Assembly (NCBI GenBank): GCA_041485465.1
Contig: JBGPJO010000003.1
Span: 3,705 to 67,704 of the forward strand
Origin: Minisyncoccia bacterium
GTDB taxonomy: Bacteria; Patescibacteriota; Minisyncoccia; Phycocordibacterales; JAKFXT01
Direction: 5' to 3'
DNA length: 64,000 nucleotides
Shown piece after piece: positions 9,764 through 20,023 of this stretch (within the stretch, counting starts at the first letter, position 1; every line of letters begins with the position of its first letter). Position numbers and translations under genes: made by a program. A model generated the notes under the pieces. That model searched no databases. It saw only the letters and a list, made by a program, of their open reading frames with translations, and had not been told where the DNA came from.

Positions 9764-10465
9764 ATGAAGCTCTCAATTATCATTCCCGCATATAACGAAG
9801 AAAAGACGATCATCGCTCTTCTTGATAAAGTTTTTGCCGTTGATTTTGGAAATGTTGAGCGAGAAGTCATCGTGGTTGATGACGGCTCGAAAGATAAAAC
9901 TCTTGAATTTATTAAAAATTATTCCCGCCCAATGCGATTTTTTTCACATGAAAAAAATGAAGGCAAGGGCTCGGCTATACAGACTGGTATTAAGGAAGCG
10001 ACGGGGGACTATGTAGTCATTCAAGATGCCGATCTTGAATATAACCCCCAAGATTTGAAATTACTCCTTGATACTGCGCTTGTTCATAAGGCAAAAGCGG
10101 TTTTCGGTTCGCGGAGGCTCTCCGTCGCAGATCAGGTCAATCGCCATGGCAGATGGTATTACTATATGGGAGGGGTTTTACTTACTTTTCTTGCCAACCT
10201 TCTTTATGACACGCATATTACCGACGAGCCGACCTGCTACAAGCTTATTGATGGACGATTATTAAAGGCTCTCAATATAGAATCGCAAGGTTTCGAATTC
10301 TGCCCTGAGGTCACGGCAAAAATTGGACGTCTAAAAATTCCTATTTTTGAAGTTCCCATACATTACAATCCGCGCAGCACCTCTGAAGGTAAAAAAATAC
10401 GCGCAAAAGATGGCCTGATTGCTATCTGGACCCTTCTTAAATATCGTTTTTCTCGAATACCATGA
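9764..10465 (+). CDS. glycosyltransferase family 2 (Dol-P/Und-P sugar synthase-like)
   Basis: IIPAYNEE, VDDGSKD, NEGKGSA, IQDADLEY. Confidence 0.92.
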   Translation: MKLSIIIPAYNEEKTIIALLDKVFAVDFGNVEREVIVVDDGSKDKTLEFIKNYSRPMRFFSHEKNEGKGSAIQTGIKEATGDYVVIQDADLEYNPQDLKLLLDTALVHKAKAVFGSRRLSVADQVNRHGRWYYYMGGVLLTFLANLLYDTHITDEPTCYKLIDGRLLKALNIESQGFEFCPEVTAKIGRLKIPIFEVPIHYNPRSTSEGKKIRAKDGLIAIWTLLKYRFSRIP

Positions 10466-11577
10466 GCATCAAGAAACTATTTTTACTCATTCTCCTCCTT
10501 GCCGACATTCTTGTTCTCGGACTCATTTTCTCTGTATCCGGCTTTTACAATGACCTGGTCGACGCAAAGGATTATATACCGCAGATAGAGGAGTACGCTC
10601 ATCCGGGGAGCCTTGTGGTTGATACGTCAATAGCTCACCGCGAATTTAAACCGCTTTATGGAATACTTGGCGGTCCACTTGCGCGATATACAGACGCGCG
10701 GACGGCTCTTCTCATACTTAACATCTTTTTCTTTATTGGACTCTCTTTTGCCGCATTCTTTTTCCTTGATGTGCTTGGCTTCTCGTCAATTGAGGCGCTT
10801 GTCGGCGCGCTGTGGATTATCTCCGACTATCCACTTCTCAAATACGGCCTTACCCTGAGCACCGATATTTCGGGTTGGTTTTTTGCCGCTCTTATTGCCG
10901 CCATTGGTCTCTTTGGAGTGAGAGCAAAAAAATGGTGGCCGCTCTTGCTTGCGTCGACTTTTGGCTTTATTGGATTTCTTGCAAAAGAAACGGCCGTGCT
11001 CGGACTTGGGGCTGTCGGATTCATGATTCTCTTTTCATTCACTAAAGGGGAGTGGCGCCAGTATCTGAAGAGCCTTATCGCTATAAGTCTGCCGTTCCTT
11101 CTTCTTGAGGGTGGCTATGTTGCCTTTCTTATCCATTCAGGGATCCCGACATTTCTTGATTGGTATCAGGGGAATGCCGCGGGGATATCTTCACATCAGA
11201 CCGTTTCCTATTTTTTGGGCATTGAAGGCGCTTCATTCCATGTTCTCCTTATCCTAGCGCTAATCGGCTTCTACTTTTCTCTCCAGAATGGCGATATCTG
11301 GAAAAAAGACTGGCTCATAAAATTTTCATCGCTCTTTCTCGCGTCCTTGCCCGTGCTCGTGTGGCCTATTTACATTACCCGCATTATCTATGTCCAATTT
11401 ATTTTCGTGGTGCCGCTTGCGCTCTACGGCGCGGAGAAAGTGCTCGAAAAAATAGATAAAGAATCGCTCCGGCGGGCGGTGGCGCTTACATTCGCTATCA
11501 TACCGATTGCCGCGAGCATCATTCTTTTTGTTTTTGCAAATGGGCGGTCGCTTTTTGACGTTCTGCATCTTCTATGA
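10462..11577 (+). CDS. polytopic membrane protein, probable GT-C-fold glycosyltransferase
   Basis: Many TM helices, N-terminal loop with acidic residues, LSTD and AKET motifs; coupled to upstream GT2. Confidence 0.6.
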   Translation: MSIKKLFLLILLLADILVLGLIFSVSGFYNDLVDAKDYIPQIEEYAHPGSLVVDTSIAHREFKPLYGILGGPLARYTDARTALLILNIFFFIGLSFAAFFFLDVLGFSSIEALVGALWIISDYPLLKYGLTLSTDISGWFFAALIAAIGLFGVRAKKWWPLLLASTFGFIGFLAKETAVLGLGAVGFMILFSFTKGEWRQYLKSLIAISLPFLLLEGGYVAFLIHSGIPTFLDWYQGNAAGISSHQTVSYFLGIEGASFHVLLILALIGFYFSLQNGDIWKKDWLIKFSSLFLASLPVLVWPIYITRIIYVQFIFVVPLALYGAEKVLEKIDKESLRRAVALTFAIIPIAASIILFVFANGRSLFDVLHLL

Positions 11578-12614
11578 AGCTTCTTATTATTACCCAGGCT
11601 GTTGATACAAATGACACCACACTCGGTTTTTTCCATTCATGGATAGAACGATTTGCGCGAGAATGCGAGTCGGTGATAGTTATCTGTCTCAAGGAGGGAC
11701 GCCACCAGTTACCTCCCAATGTAAAAGTTCTCTCTCTCGGTAAAGAGCGATCGGAGGGCCGCCTCGGGTATGTTCTTAATTTTTATAAATATATTTTTTC
11801 CGAGCATGGTGGCTACGACGCAGTATTTATCCATATGAATCAGGAGTACGCCCTTTTGGGTGGCTTGTGGTGGAGGCTATGCAATATCCCGACTGCGCTC
11901 TGGTACAACCACACCTACGGCTCAATTATCTCAGACATTGCTGCGATTTTTGTACGGAAGGTTTTCTACACATCTCCCTTCGCCTATATGGCCAAGAAGG
12001 GGAAGGCAATTGCTATGCCCGCAGGTATTGATACCGATTTCTTTAAGCCACACACTGATTCTTCAGCGGCTGTGCCGCGCGGCGTTCTTTTTCTTGGGCG
12101 CATTTCTCCGGTCAAAAAAGTTGAATTATTCGTAGATACGCTTCTTGAACTCGAGAGAAAAGAGATTACTTTTGAGGCTACTATTTGTGGAGACCCTATA
12201 TCTGGAGATGAGGCATACGCAGGGAAAATTAAAACGCGGGCAGCCCCGCTTATCGAGGCCGGGATGTTAAAAATTATTTCTGGTGTGCCGCACACGGAGA
12301 CAAAAAAAATATATGCACATCACGAATTTTACGTAAACCTCACCCAAACTGGCAGTTTAGACAAAACCGTACTTGAAGCCATGGCCTGTGAATTACTGGT
12401 GCTTGCTTCTAACAAGTCATTTCAAAATATTATTTCGAATGACAGTGTACTTAAAGAGGAGGCAACTCCTGCAGATATCGCTCAGGCGTTTGTATCAGTT
12501 ATGAATCTTTCTGCTGATGAAAAAATAAAGCGAGGGGAAGAAAACAGACTGTACGTTTTGGAGAATCACAGTATCTCGGCTCTCGTCACTCAGGTTATTC
12601 AAGCATTATCGTAA
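11574..12614 (+). CDS. glycosyltransferase family 4
   Basis: LGRISPVKK, GSLDKTVLEAMAC. Confidence 0.88.
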   Translation: MKLLIITQAVDTNDTTLGFFHSWIERFARECESVIVICLKEGRHQLPPNVKVLSLGKERSEGRLGYVLNFYKYIFSEHGGYDAVFIHMNQEYALLGGLWWRLCNIPTALWYNHTYGSIISDIAAIFVRKVFYTSPFAYMAKKGKAIAMPAGIDTDFFKPHTDSSAAVPRGVLFLGRISPVKKVELFVDTLLELERKEITFEATICGDPISGDEAYAGKIKTRAAPLIEAGMLKIISGVPHTETKKIYAHHEFYVNLTQTGSLDKTVLEAMACELLVLASNKSFQNIISNDSVLKEEATPADIAQAFVSVMNLSADEKIKRGEENRLYVLENHSISALVTQVIQALS

Positions 12615-13423
12615 TTTACTCGCTGCTTTCGCGTAGCGTACATGAAGCGATACGGGGCTTGAGCATGAGTGACCAAAAATCCTTGTTGAGAAAGAAAACG
12701 CTCAAGTTCTTGGGGGGAGTGTTTTTCAACGCGGTGCCATTGAATCACCATCAAATCTATGCGATTGAACAATTCTTTTGGCAGATTATACAGAATTTCA
12801 TATTCAGCTCCTTCACAGTTCATTTTCAAAAGGTGGCAGGTGGTGATGTTATATTCTTTGAATATGTCTCTAAGCGTCACGCATGGCACAGAGACTCCTT
12901 CGTTTAGGTTGCGGTTTTCTCTACGAAACAGTGAACTCGATACACCCCCCACCTCGTCTATAAAAAGAGTTCTGTTTTTATCAGATATAGCCACTGCTTT
13001 TTCTATAGGTAGTACCCGTGATTCAAGGTGATTGCCTTCCACGCTTTTTTGTAAATATTTAAACACTTCAGGATTTGGTTCAAATGCGTATACGGTGGAA
13101 GTGGAGCTTTTGAGAGCGGCATATATCGCAAAAGTACCTATATGGGCGCCTATATCTATTATTATTGGATGTTCGACCGTCGCTAGCTCATGCAAGTCTC
13201 CATATACGCCGTCGAGCCATACAGCGGTCAGATCGTCTATGCCCCAACCGCCCCTTGCGGTAAAGAATATTGGGCCAGCGCGTAATTTAAGAGGTGTCTC
13301 CTTTGAATAAATGGGAATGCGGAATTTTTGCATGAAAAGTAGAGGCCAATTTTTTAACAGACGCCAGGTACGCGTGAACCACTGTATATGCATAACAGGA
13401 ACATATAAAATTTTTTTACTCAT
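12599..13423 (-). CDS. FkbM family methyltransferase
   Basis: IDIGAHIG, YAFEPNP, LKMNCEGAEY. Confidence 0.9.
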   Translation of the reverse strand: MSKKILYVPVMHIQWFTRTWRLLKNWPLLFMQKFRIPIYSKETPLKLRAGPIFFTARGGWGIDDLTAVWLDGVYGDLHELATVEHPIIIDIGAHIGTFAIYAALKSSTSTVYAFEPNPEVFKYLQKSVEGNHLESRVLPIEKAVAISDKNRTLFIDEVGGVSSSLFRRENRNLNEGVSVPCVTLRDIFKEYNITTCHLLKMNCEGAEYEILYNLPKELFNRIDLMVIQWHRVEKHSPQELERFLSQQGFLVTHAQAPYRFMYATRKQRVNYDNA

Positions 13424-13424
13424 T

Positions 13425-14195
13425 TTATTGCGATCTTTTACGAACAGCCTCCAGTATTACTCCTGTTCCAAGAAAACGAAGCGGTGTTAATCGTAGCGGT
13501 TCAAGTAATGTGGCAGTTATTATGGAAAGTTTTGGAAACCAATAATCAAAAGGGCGAGGAAGAATGCGAAAATTATACGCGGTCGGGTTCTTTATGGTGA
13601 ATCCTTCTTTCTCAAGAGTCTTCATGTACGCATGAGGCCGATATTCACGATGGAAGATATTTTCTCCCAGCTTTTGCCGGAAACGGCGGATAAATGATCC
13701 GAGCAAAGCAATGATCAAACGGTCCCACATCCGCATCGGGCTCCACCAATTGGGGAGCGAGACTAAAAGGCGTCCGCCCGGCTTTAAAACCCGTTGCATC
13801 TCTCTAATGGCGGCACTATCGTCAGTCACATATTCTACGAGTCCCATAGCGACGATGACATCATAGGCATTATTTGGCGCAGAGATATTTTCAACGGCGC
13901 CGACTGAAAAGGATGCGGCCGGGAATTTCTTTTTAGCTTCTCCGATCATTACCTCTGAAATGTCGATGCCGTCATAGGTGAAGCCCCGATCGGTGATTTC
14001 TTTTGTCATTACCGCCGGACCGCATCCGATATCAAGCACTCTTCCGGGGCCGTATCCCAAAAGCTCAAGCACCCTATCTTTACGCACGCGAAAGGAATAT
14101 CCTTCGGCAGTTTCTTTCGAATAACTGTCCGCATATTCTTTGGGATTAAGACTAAAATAGTTTCTTGCTGTTTTCTCTAGATCTTTTTCACTCAT
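13425..14195 (-). CDS. class I SAM-dependent methyltransferase
   Basis: VLDIGCGP, GIDIS, RVLKPGG. Confidence 0.9.
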   Translation of the reverse strand: MSEKDLEKTARNYFSLNPKEYADSYSKETAEGYSFRVRKDRVLELLGYGPGRVLDIGCGPAVMTKEITDRGFTYDGIDISEVMIGEAKKKFPAASFSVGAVENISAPNNAYDVIVAMGLVEYVTDDSAAIREMQRVLKPGGRLLVSLPNWWSPMRMWDRLIIALLGSFIRRFRQKLGENIFHREYRPHAYMKTLEKEGFTIKNPTAYNFRILPRPFDYWFPKLSIITATLLEPLRLTPLRFLGTGVILEAVRKRSQ

Positions 14196-15229
14196 GATCG
14201 CCGTAGTATCTTACGGATAGTGGGCAGAGAATTTGAGACAAGTGCCTTAAAACGTTTTTCGCCTTCGGTATCATCAAGCGTGATCCGTGGTAATTCGAGC
14301 GGATCACAGGTTTTTATAGAAATTCTCTGCCCTTCGGTTGTCCACGCGTACCGTATTCCTAACCCACGAAGAACCTCTTTTGTTTCAGAGGTGAAGTCTC
14401 CTCGCTGGCCGTTTGGGTAGGCAAAATGGTCGACGTTGTCGAGAGTACTTTTCAGTCTATCAACAGACGATGAAATTTCACGGGCCTGTTCATTTCTGCT
14501 GAGCATACTTAAGATGGAGTGGTTTTCGGTATGCGCGCCGATAGTGATTCCGTTTTCGCTCATTTCCCGGATTTCTTCCCAGGAAAGCGGGGCATAATCG
14601 GGGCGATTAAAAATTTCAGGAATTGTAACATCGGATAATTTCATTAAAACGTCAATTATTATTTTTCGGTCGCTACCCTTAATCCGCTTAAGCTTTTGAC
14701 GTATTTCCATATCGGCGGCAATTTTTTCAGCGCGGCTTTTAATCGGGTATCGTTTTTCTCCCGATGGAAAAGGCACAGTGAGATATGGCCCACCGGCTCG
14801 ACCGATCGATTCTTCGAGCATATCGGTCCAGAGGGGAAATTTTCTGTCAATAAATCCGGTGGTTACAAAAATCGTTGCCGGAACACCGAGTTTTTTGAGC
14901 ATCGGATATGCGTTTATAAAATTATTTTTATAACCGTCATCAAACGTTATGGCGCAGAGAGGCTCGAGGGGCTCTTCACGCTTCTCTACGAGCAGTTCAA
15001 TCGCTTGAAGCGGCACGATTTTAAAATGCTTTGAAAGCCATGAGATCTGTCTTTCAAACGTGTCTTTTCCGATGTGTTTACGGCGGTAGTTTTCGATCCC
15101 CCGTGGTTCTTTATTTGAAGTCACACCATGGTAGAGCACGACGAGCGGCCGCTTTTTTGAGAAAAAAGCGGCCGCCCTCGTCACATATTTACCGCCACTT
15201 AATCCGATAATCAGTCGTTTATATGGCAT
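14192..15229 (-). CDS. polysaccharide deacetylase (CE4)
   Basis: LYHGV, ITFDDGY, IGAHTENH, FAYPNG, LPRI. Confidence 0.9.
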   Translation of the reverse strand: MPYKRLIIGLSGGKYVTRAAAFFSKKRPLVVLYHGVTSNKEPRGIENYRRKHIGKDTFERQISWLSKHFKIVPLQAIELLVEKREEPLEPLCAITFDDGYKNNFINAYPMLKKLGVPATIFVTTGFIDRKFPLWTDMLEESIGRAGGPYLTVPFPSGEKRYPIKSRAEKIAADMEIRQKLKRIKGSDRKIIIDVLMKLSDVTIPEIFNRPDYAPLSWEEIREMSENGITIGAHTENHSILSMLSRNEQAREISSSVDRLKSTLDNVDHFAYPNGQRGDFTSETKEVLRGLGIRYAWTTEGQRISIKTCDPLELPRITLDDTEGEKRFKALVSNSLPTIRKILRRS

Positions 15230-15261
15230 ATTCGCTAGTTTGATTATGGTAGCATACCCTT

Positions 15262-16407
15262 ATGCAAAAACGTCTTTTTCTCATATTTCACGGGCGTTTT
15301 CCGAGTGAAAAGGCCGCTGCGCTTTTTGCCGCTAAAAGCGCGGAATCTTTTGCTTTGACAGGACTCTCGGTTACTCTTTTGGTACCGCGTCGCAGACGAG
15401 TTTCAAAGCAGGATCCTTTTTCTTTTTTCTCTTCAAAGAAAAATTTTAATGTTGTTTATCTACCCACAATTGATTTTGTCGGGGTGCCTGTCATTACAGA
15501 GGTTTTTTTTCCGATAAGTTACTTCTTCTTTTCACTGAGTTTGCTCGTCTATCTTTTGGTGCATGCAAAAAGGGACGATATACTCTATTCGAATGAATCT
15601 TTTCCACTTTTGCTCTCCGCATTCTTTTTCAAGAAAATTATATATGAGATGCATGATTTTCCTGAAGGACACTTTTCCTATTACAGATTCTTCTTAAAAC
15701 TAGTTTCAAAAATTATCACAACAAACAATTGGAAGAAAGAAAAGCTTATCTCACAATTCTCTGTACCTAGAGATAAAATATTTGTTGAGCTAAATGCAGT
15801 TGATATGAAGGAGTTTGATATCGCCGTCTCAAAAGAAGACGCTCGCAAAAGGCTTAACCTTCCGCAAGATGCATTTATTATCTTATACACGGGGCATCTC
15901 TATTCTTGGAAAGGGGTTGATACTCTTGCACATAGCACGGAGTATCTACCTGCTGATTTTTTAATTGTATTTGTTGGCGGTACGGAAACTGACGTTGCCG
16001 CGTTTAAAAAAAAGTATGCTGCGAACCCAAAAATTTTTATTGTTGGTTTTCGGCCCCACAAAGAAATTCCTATTTGGCAAAAAGCGGCAGACGTACTAGT
16101 ACTTCCTAACACGGAGAAACAAAATATATCAAAATATTACACTTCGCCTATGAAACTTTTTGAATACATGGCAAGCGGTCGGCCAATAGTAGCCTCGCGA
16201 TTGCCATCAGTACTTGAGATCGTAGATGATACGAAAACCATCCTGGTTTCACCAGATGACGAAAAAGCTCTTGCGGAGAGTATTAAGAAGGTAGCTGAAG
16301 ACCCGGCGCTTGCCGAGGCTTGCGTTCAGGCTTCGTTTGAGGCTGTAAAAAGACACACATGGGAAGCACGGGCGGGACGCATCCTTTCCTTTATTGTGAT
16401 GCGGTAG
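15262..16407 (+). CDS. glycosyltransferase family 4
   Basis: YTGHLYSWKGVD, SPMKLFEYMASGRPIV. Confidence 0.92.
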   Translation: MQKRLFLIFHGRFPSEKAAALFAAKSAESFALTGLSVTLLVPRRRRVSKQDPFSFFSSKKNFNVVYLPTIDFVGVPVITEVFFPISYFFFSLSLLVYLLVHAKRDDILYSNESFPLLLSAFFFKKIIYEMHDFPEGHFSYYRFFLKLVSKIITTNNWKKEKLISQFSVPRDKIFVELNAVDMKEFDIAVSKEDARKRLNLPQDAFIILYTGHLYSWKGVDTLAHSTEYLPADFLIVFVGGTETDVAAFKKKYAANPKIFIVGFRPHKEIPIWQKAADVLVLPNTEKQNISKYYTSPMKLFEYMASGRPIVASRLPSVLEIVDDTKTILVSPDDEKALAESIKKVAEDPALAEACVQASFEAVKRHTWEARAGRILSFIVMR

Positions 16408-16443
16408 ACATTTGTTCGGCCATCGGCCATTTTGATGTACTAT

Positions 16444-17205
16444 ATGACGGTGCAAAAAACTGATGCTATAAGAATACCGCGAAGCGCTGTCAAATACATT
16501 CTTTTTCAACGCACTCCCTATCTTTTCATCCATCGAAACCGCGTGGCGCAAAGCATTATGCGCCTCTTGCCGAAGTGGGCCGCTTTTTTTATTGAGTCTC
16601 TTTTTACAACTCTCAATGGTACCGTGACGCTTGAGGCCGCGCTTTCAAGAGTTCCGGTTGAGAGGCTCTTTAATGAGGGGTTAAGAAAAGACCTGAAGAC
16701 CTTTGAGAAATACTTACCCCAAAACGTCAAGAAAATTCTTGATATTGGCTGCGGTGTTGGGGGAATTGATGTTGTCTTGAGCCGGTATTATGAATCCAGT
16801 CAGCCGGATATATATCTTTTGGACAAAACAGAGATACCTTTGCGCGTATACTACGGCATTCGGGATAGGGGCTGTTACTATAATTCTCTTGAGGTAACAA
16901 AGAACCTGCTTGTGATAAATGGAATTCCTGAAGAAAAAATATTTCTTCAGGAGGCCACTTTAAATAACAGCATTGATTTTAATGTCGAGTTCGATCTGAT
17001 CATTTCACTTCTTTCCTGGGGATATCATTATCCTGTGTCTACATATCTTGACCAGGTGTATGAAAAACTTGCGCCTGGCGGGACGCTTATACTTGATGTG
17101 CGGAAAGGACAGGGAGGTATTGAGCTCCTCAAATCTAAATTCGGAAATGTGGCAATTGTTCTAAAAGAAGAAAAAAGCGATCGGGTTATAGTAAAGAAGC
17201 GGTAA
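16444..17205 (+). CDS. class I SAM-dependent methyltransferase
   Basis: ILDIGCGVG, FDLIIS, LAPGG; start uncertain (16432-16444). Confidence 0.85.
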   Translation: MTVQKTDAIRIPRSAVKYILFQRTPYLFIHRNRVAQSIMRLLPKWAAFFIESLFTTLNGTVTLEAALSRVPVERLFNEGLRKDLKTFEKYLPQNVKKILDIGCGVGGIDVVLSRYYESSQPDIYLLDKTEIPLRVYYGIRDRGCYYNSLEVTKNLLVINGIPEEKIFLQEATLNNSIDFNVEFDLIISLLSWGYHYPVSTYLDQVYEKLAPGGTLILDVRKGQGGIELLKSKFGNVAIVLKEEKSDRVIVKKR

Positions 17206-17231
17206 AGTTATTGTAATCTAGCAGAGATTAT

Positions 17232-17984
17232 TTATTTTTTGGTGGCGAGGTACATAAAGCTCTCCCAGCTTCTATCGGGTGCCGTGTTTTCTTTAATATT
17301 GAGTACTTGTGCTCCGCTTTGAGTTAAGATTGAGACAACTTTCTCCTTTGAAATGCCATGCATTTCGAGAACTGGTTTGAAGAAATGTTTTATTCTGCGG
17401 TATAGATTGAGAAGAGAGGGAGGAAGAAATCTTTTAATTTTAGTTCGTAGCGATGGAGCTTGCGGATAAAATTTAAGTTGTCTGCTTGGAATCTGGAAGA
17501 GCAAAACACCTTCAGGCGTAAGGACGCGCACAAATTCTCGAATGTATTTTCCCGCATACTGCGGTTCCATGTGTTGAAGGACAATGTTTGAATAAATAAA
17601 ATCAAAATGGTTATCGGGGAAAAGTTTCAAGTCATCCTCTTTGTTAAGGAAGTATTTACATTTTGTTCTATAGCGATTGTGCTTCCGCGCGAGCTTGATC
17701 ATGGAGGCCGCGATATCAACACCGATTACTTCTTCAAAATGAGGCGCGAGCGCCTGTGTGAGACGTCCGACGGCACAACCAAAATCAAGCGCTCGGGCGT
17801 GTCGGAGCGGTAGATTTTTTGACGCAATATACCCGAGTGCATCACTAATTTCCTTTTCTCCGGTCTTGAAAAATTCGGCCTTATTCCACCTGCCGCCGCT
17901 TTTGTCTTTTTCACTTAAAATCGCATAGAAGGGGTCTGTTTTCCCAAAGCGATCCCAGTTTTTTCTAGTATCTCTAAGTTTCAT
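17232..17984 (-). CDS. class I SAM-dependent methyltransferase
   Basis: ALDFGCAVGR, GVDIA, FDFIYSNIVLQH. Confidence 0.9.
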   Translation of the reverse strand: MKLRDTRKNWDRFGKTDPFYAILSEKDKSGGRWNKAEFFKTGEKEISDALGYIASKNLPLRHARALDFGCAVGRLTQALAPHFEEVIGVDIAASMIKLARKHNRYRTKCKYFLNKEDDLKLFPDNHFDFIYSNIVLQHMEPQYAGKYIREFVRVLTPEGVLLFQIPSRQLKFYPQAPSLRTKIKRFLPPSLLNLYRRIKHFFKPVLEMHGISKEKVVSILTQSGAQVLNIKENTAPDRSWESFMYLATKK

Positions 17985-18014
17985 AAAAACGGAGCTATTC
18001 TAACAGATCAAATT

Positions 18015-18839
18015 TTATTTGATTAATTTTCCGAAAAATATTTTTGTTGCGAGCCCCAGGGCAAGTATCTGGTACTTAAAACGCCATAGTTCATATGAAA
18101 TGGGAAATTTGTTCCCTCGCGATATAAGTCGCACACGCAGAAATCTGAAGACGTACAAGGTAAGAAGCGCTCCAGTGTGTAGGACTGCTTCAGCCCATTT
18201 ATAGGGAGTCATGAATGCCTCATATTGTCGACGGTCCCAGTCAAGCGCTCGCTTAAGGGTGCGTGTATCCCAGGCGGCGTAGGTATCGGCAAGAGGCACA
18301 TACATTACACCCTTAAGGAATCCGACATCGTAGCCATGGTTAATAAAAACTTTTTCGTGGGTAATCTTTGTATATCGCGGCACAGCCTTTCTGTTGAAGA
18401 AACGGATTTGACGATTAGGATAGGTAATGGTGTCATCGATAACGTTTCCTCGCCAGACATATTTGCGTGGCATTTTATAGATAAGGTGCGGCGGGTTAGG
18501 ATTATCAACAATCTTTGCAATTTCCTCGACGACTTCAGGGGAGAGGTATTCATCAGAGTCAACGCGCACATGCCAGTCGTATTTTCCCGCGAGAAGACAA
18601 GTGGTTCGGGCTTCGCCGAAGTTAGTAATACGCTGGTTTGGCTCGTCTGTTTCCTTTTGTTTTGTAACACGTGCCCCAAACGAGCGGGCAATATCTTGGG
18701 TCCCATCAATCGAATTCCCGTCGCAAATATAGACATCATCAAATCGCTTCAACGTCTCAAGGGTCTTTGGTAACTCTTTGGCGCTGTTTAGGGTTAATAT
18801 ACCTACCGAGACTTTTATTTTTTCTTTAGATGATGCCAT
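18015..18839 (-). CDS. glycosyltransferase family 2 (beta-1,4-glucosyltransferase/WaaE-like)
   Basis: DGNSIDGT, VDSDE, QIRFF, HEK. Confidence 0.85.
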   Translation of the reverse strand: MASSKEKIKVSVGILTLNSAKELPKTLETLKRFDDVYICDGNSIDGTQDIARSFGARVTKQKETDEPNQRITNFGEARTTCLLAGKYDWHVRVDSDEYLSPEVVEEIAKIVDNPNPPHLIYKMPRKYVWRGNVIDDTITYPNRQIRFFNRKAVPRYTKITHEKVFINHGYDVGFLKGVMYVPLADTYAAWDTRTLKRALDWDRRQYEAFMTPYKWAEAVLHTGALLTLYVFRFLRVRLISRGNKFPISYELWRFKYQILALGLATKIFFGKLIK

Positions 18840-18885
18840 GGTTGAGTCATTATACTGATTGAAGCTGTACTATACTATCGATACT

Positions 18886-20022
18886 ATGCGAATCCATTTT
18901 TTTGTACGGACACTGAACGAAAAACGGGGAGGTGGCTCTACTCATAATGCCATTTCTTTTATCCGCGCACTTCGTGAGAAAGGTCATGAGATTACTGTCC
19001 ATGCGTACTCGTCTTATAACAATGAACCGCCCGCAGATATTTCTCTTATCCAACATAGTGGTGAGAGAAAGGGTTTTGTTGAAGCAAATAAGTTTCTTTC
19101 AAAAATTCTAAAAGAATCTGAAAAGGACGCAGATCTCTTTTTCCTCTATGGTGTAGATTTTACGTGGGGTGGCGGAATGTATAAAAAACAAGCGGGAGCT
19201 ACGCCAACGCTTGTGTATCTCGACACATATCTCCCATCTATGAACTTGATGTACAGCGAGGCAAGTGCCACTTTTGTATTCAAATCAACGGGATATTTTT
19301 TAAAGCGTTTTTTCTGGGACAGTGTGATTGGTCTTCAGTACGCTCACCATGCGGACCATTTTTTTGCGGTTTCGCCATATGTTAAGGAGCAATTTGTACG
19401 TTTTGGTTTTCCAAAAGAAAAGTTTTCTGTACTAACAAATTTTTTTGATCCGATTATTGTTTCTTCAAGTAAAGTGAAACATGCTGGGAAAATCTCCATG
19501 TTATACATTGGTCGTTTTACTTACGATAAAGGATGCGATCTTCTGCTCCGTGTTCTCTCTGGGCTTTCTAACCATCAGTGGCAATTACGACTTGTTGGTG
19601 GTGGTCCACAAAGATCTGCGTACGAAAAATACATTAAAGAAGCAGGTTTAAAATCTCGCGTAACTCTTGTGTCATGGTCAAATAAAGAAGAACTTGCAAA
19701 AGAGTATAAGAATGCAGACGTGTTTGTGCATCCTGCACGCTGGCCCGAGCCTTTCGGACGCACTGTGGTTGAGGCAATGATGTATGGCGTACCCGTGGTG
19801 GTGCCTCGTGTTGGTGGTGCGGCATGGATAGCGGGGGATGCGGGTATAGAGTTTACAAATGGTAATGTCAAAGAACTTCGTGAAGCAATAGAGAAGCTTC
19901 TTTCTGATGCTTCGCTTCGCGCCAAACTTGGTGCAAGCGGCATGATACGAGCGCGGATGTTCTCTAAGGAGGAAGTAATACCACAGTTAGAAAAAACACT
20001 CGAAGAAGTAGCTGCAAAATAA
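18886..20022 (+). CDS. glycosyltransferase family 4
   Basis: IGRFTYDKG, PARWPEPFGRTVVEAMMYGVP. Confidence 0.92.
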   Translation: MRIHFFVRTLNEKRGGGSTHNAISFIRALREKGHEITVHAYSSYNNEPPADISLIQHSGERKGFVEANKFLSKILKESEKDADLFFLYGVDFTWGGGMYKKQAGATPTLVYLDTYLPSMNLMYSEASATFVFKSTGYFLKRFFWDSVIGLQYAHHADHFFAVSPYVKEQFVRFGFPKEKFSVLTNFFDPIIVSSSKVKHAGKISMLYIGRFTYDKGCDLLLRVLSGLSNHQWQLRLVGGGPQRSAYEKYIKEAGLKSRVTLVSWSNKEELAKEYKNADVFVHPARWPEPFGRTVVEAMMYGVPVVVPRVGGAAWIAGDAGIEFTNGNVKELREAIEKLLSDASLRAKLGASGMIRARMFSKEEVIPQLEKTLEEVAAK

Positions 20023-20023
20023 C

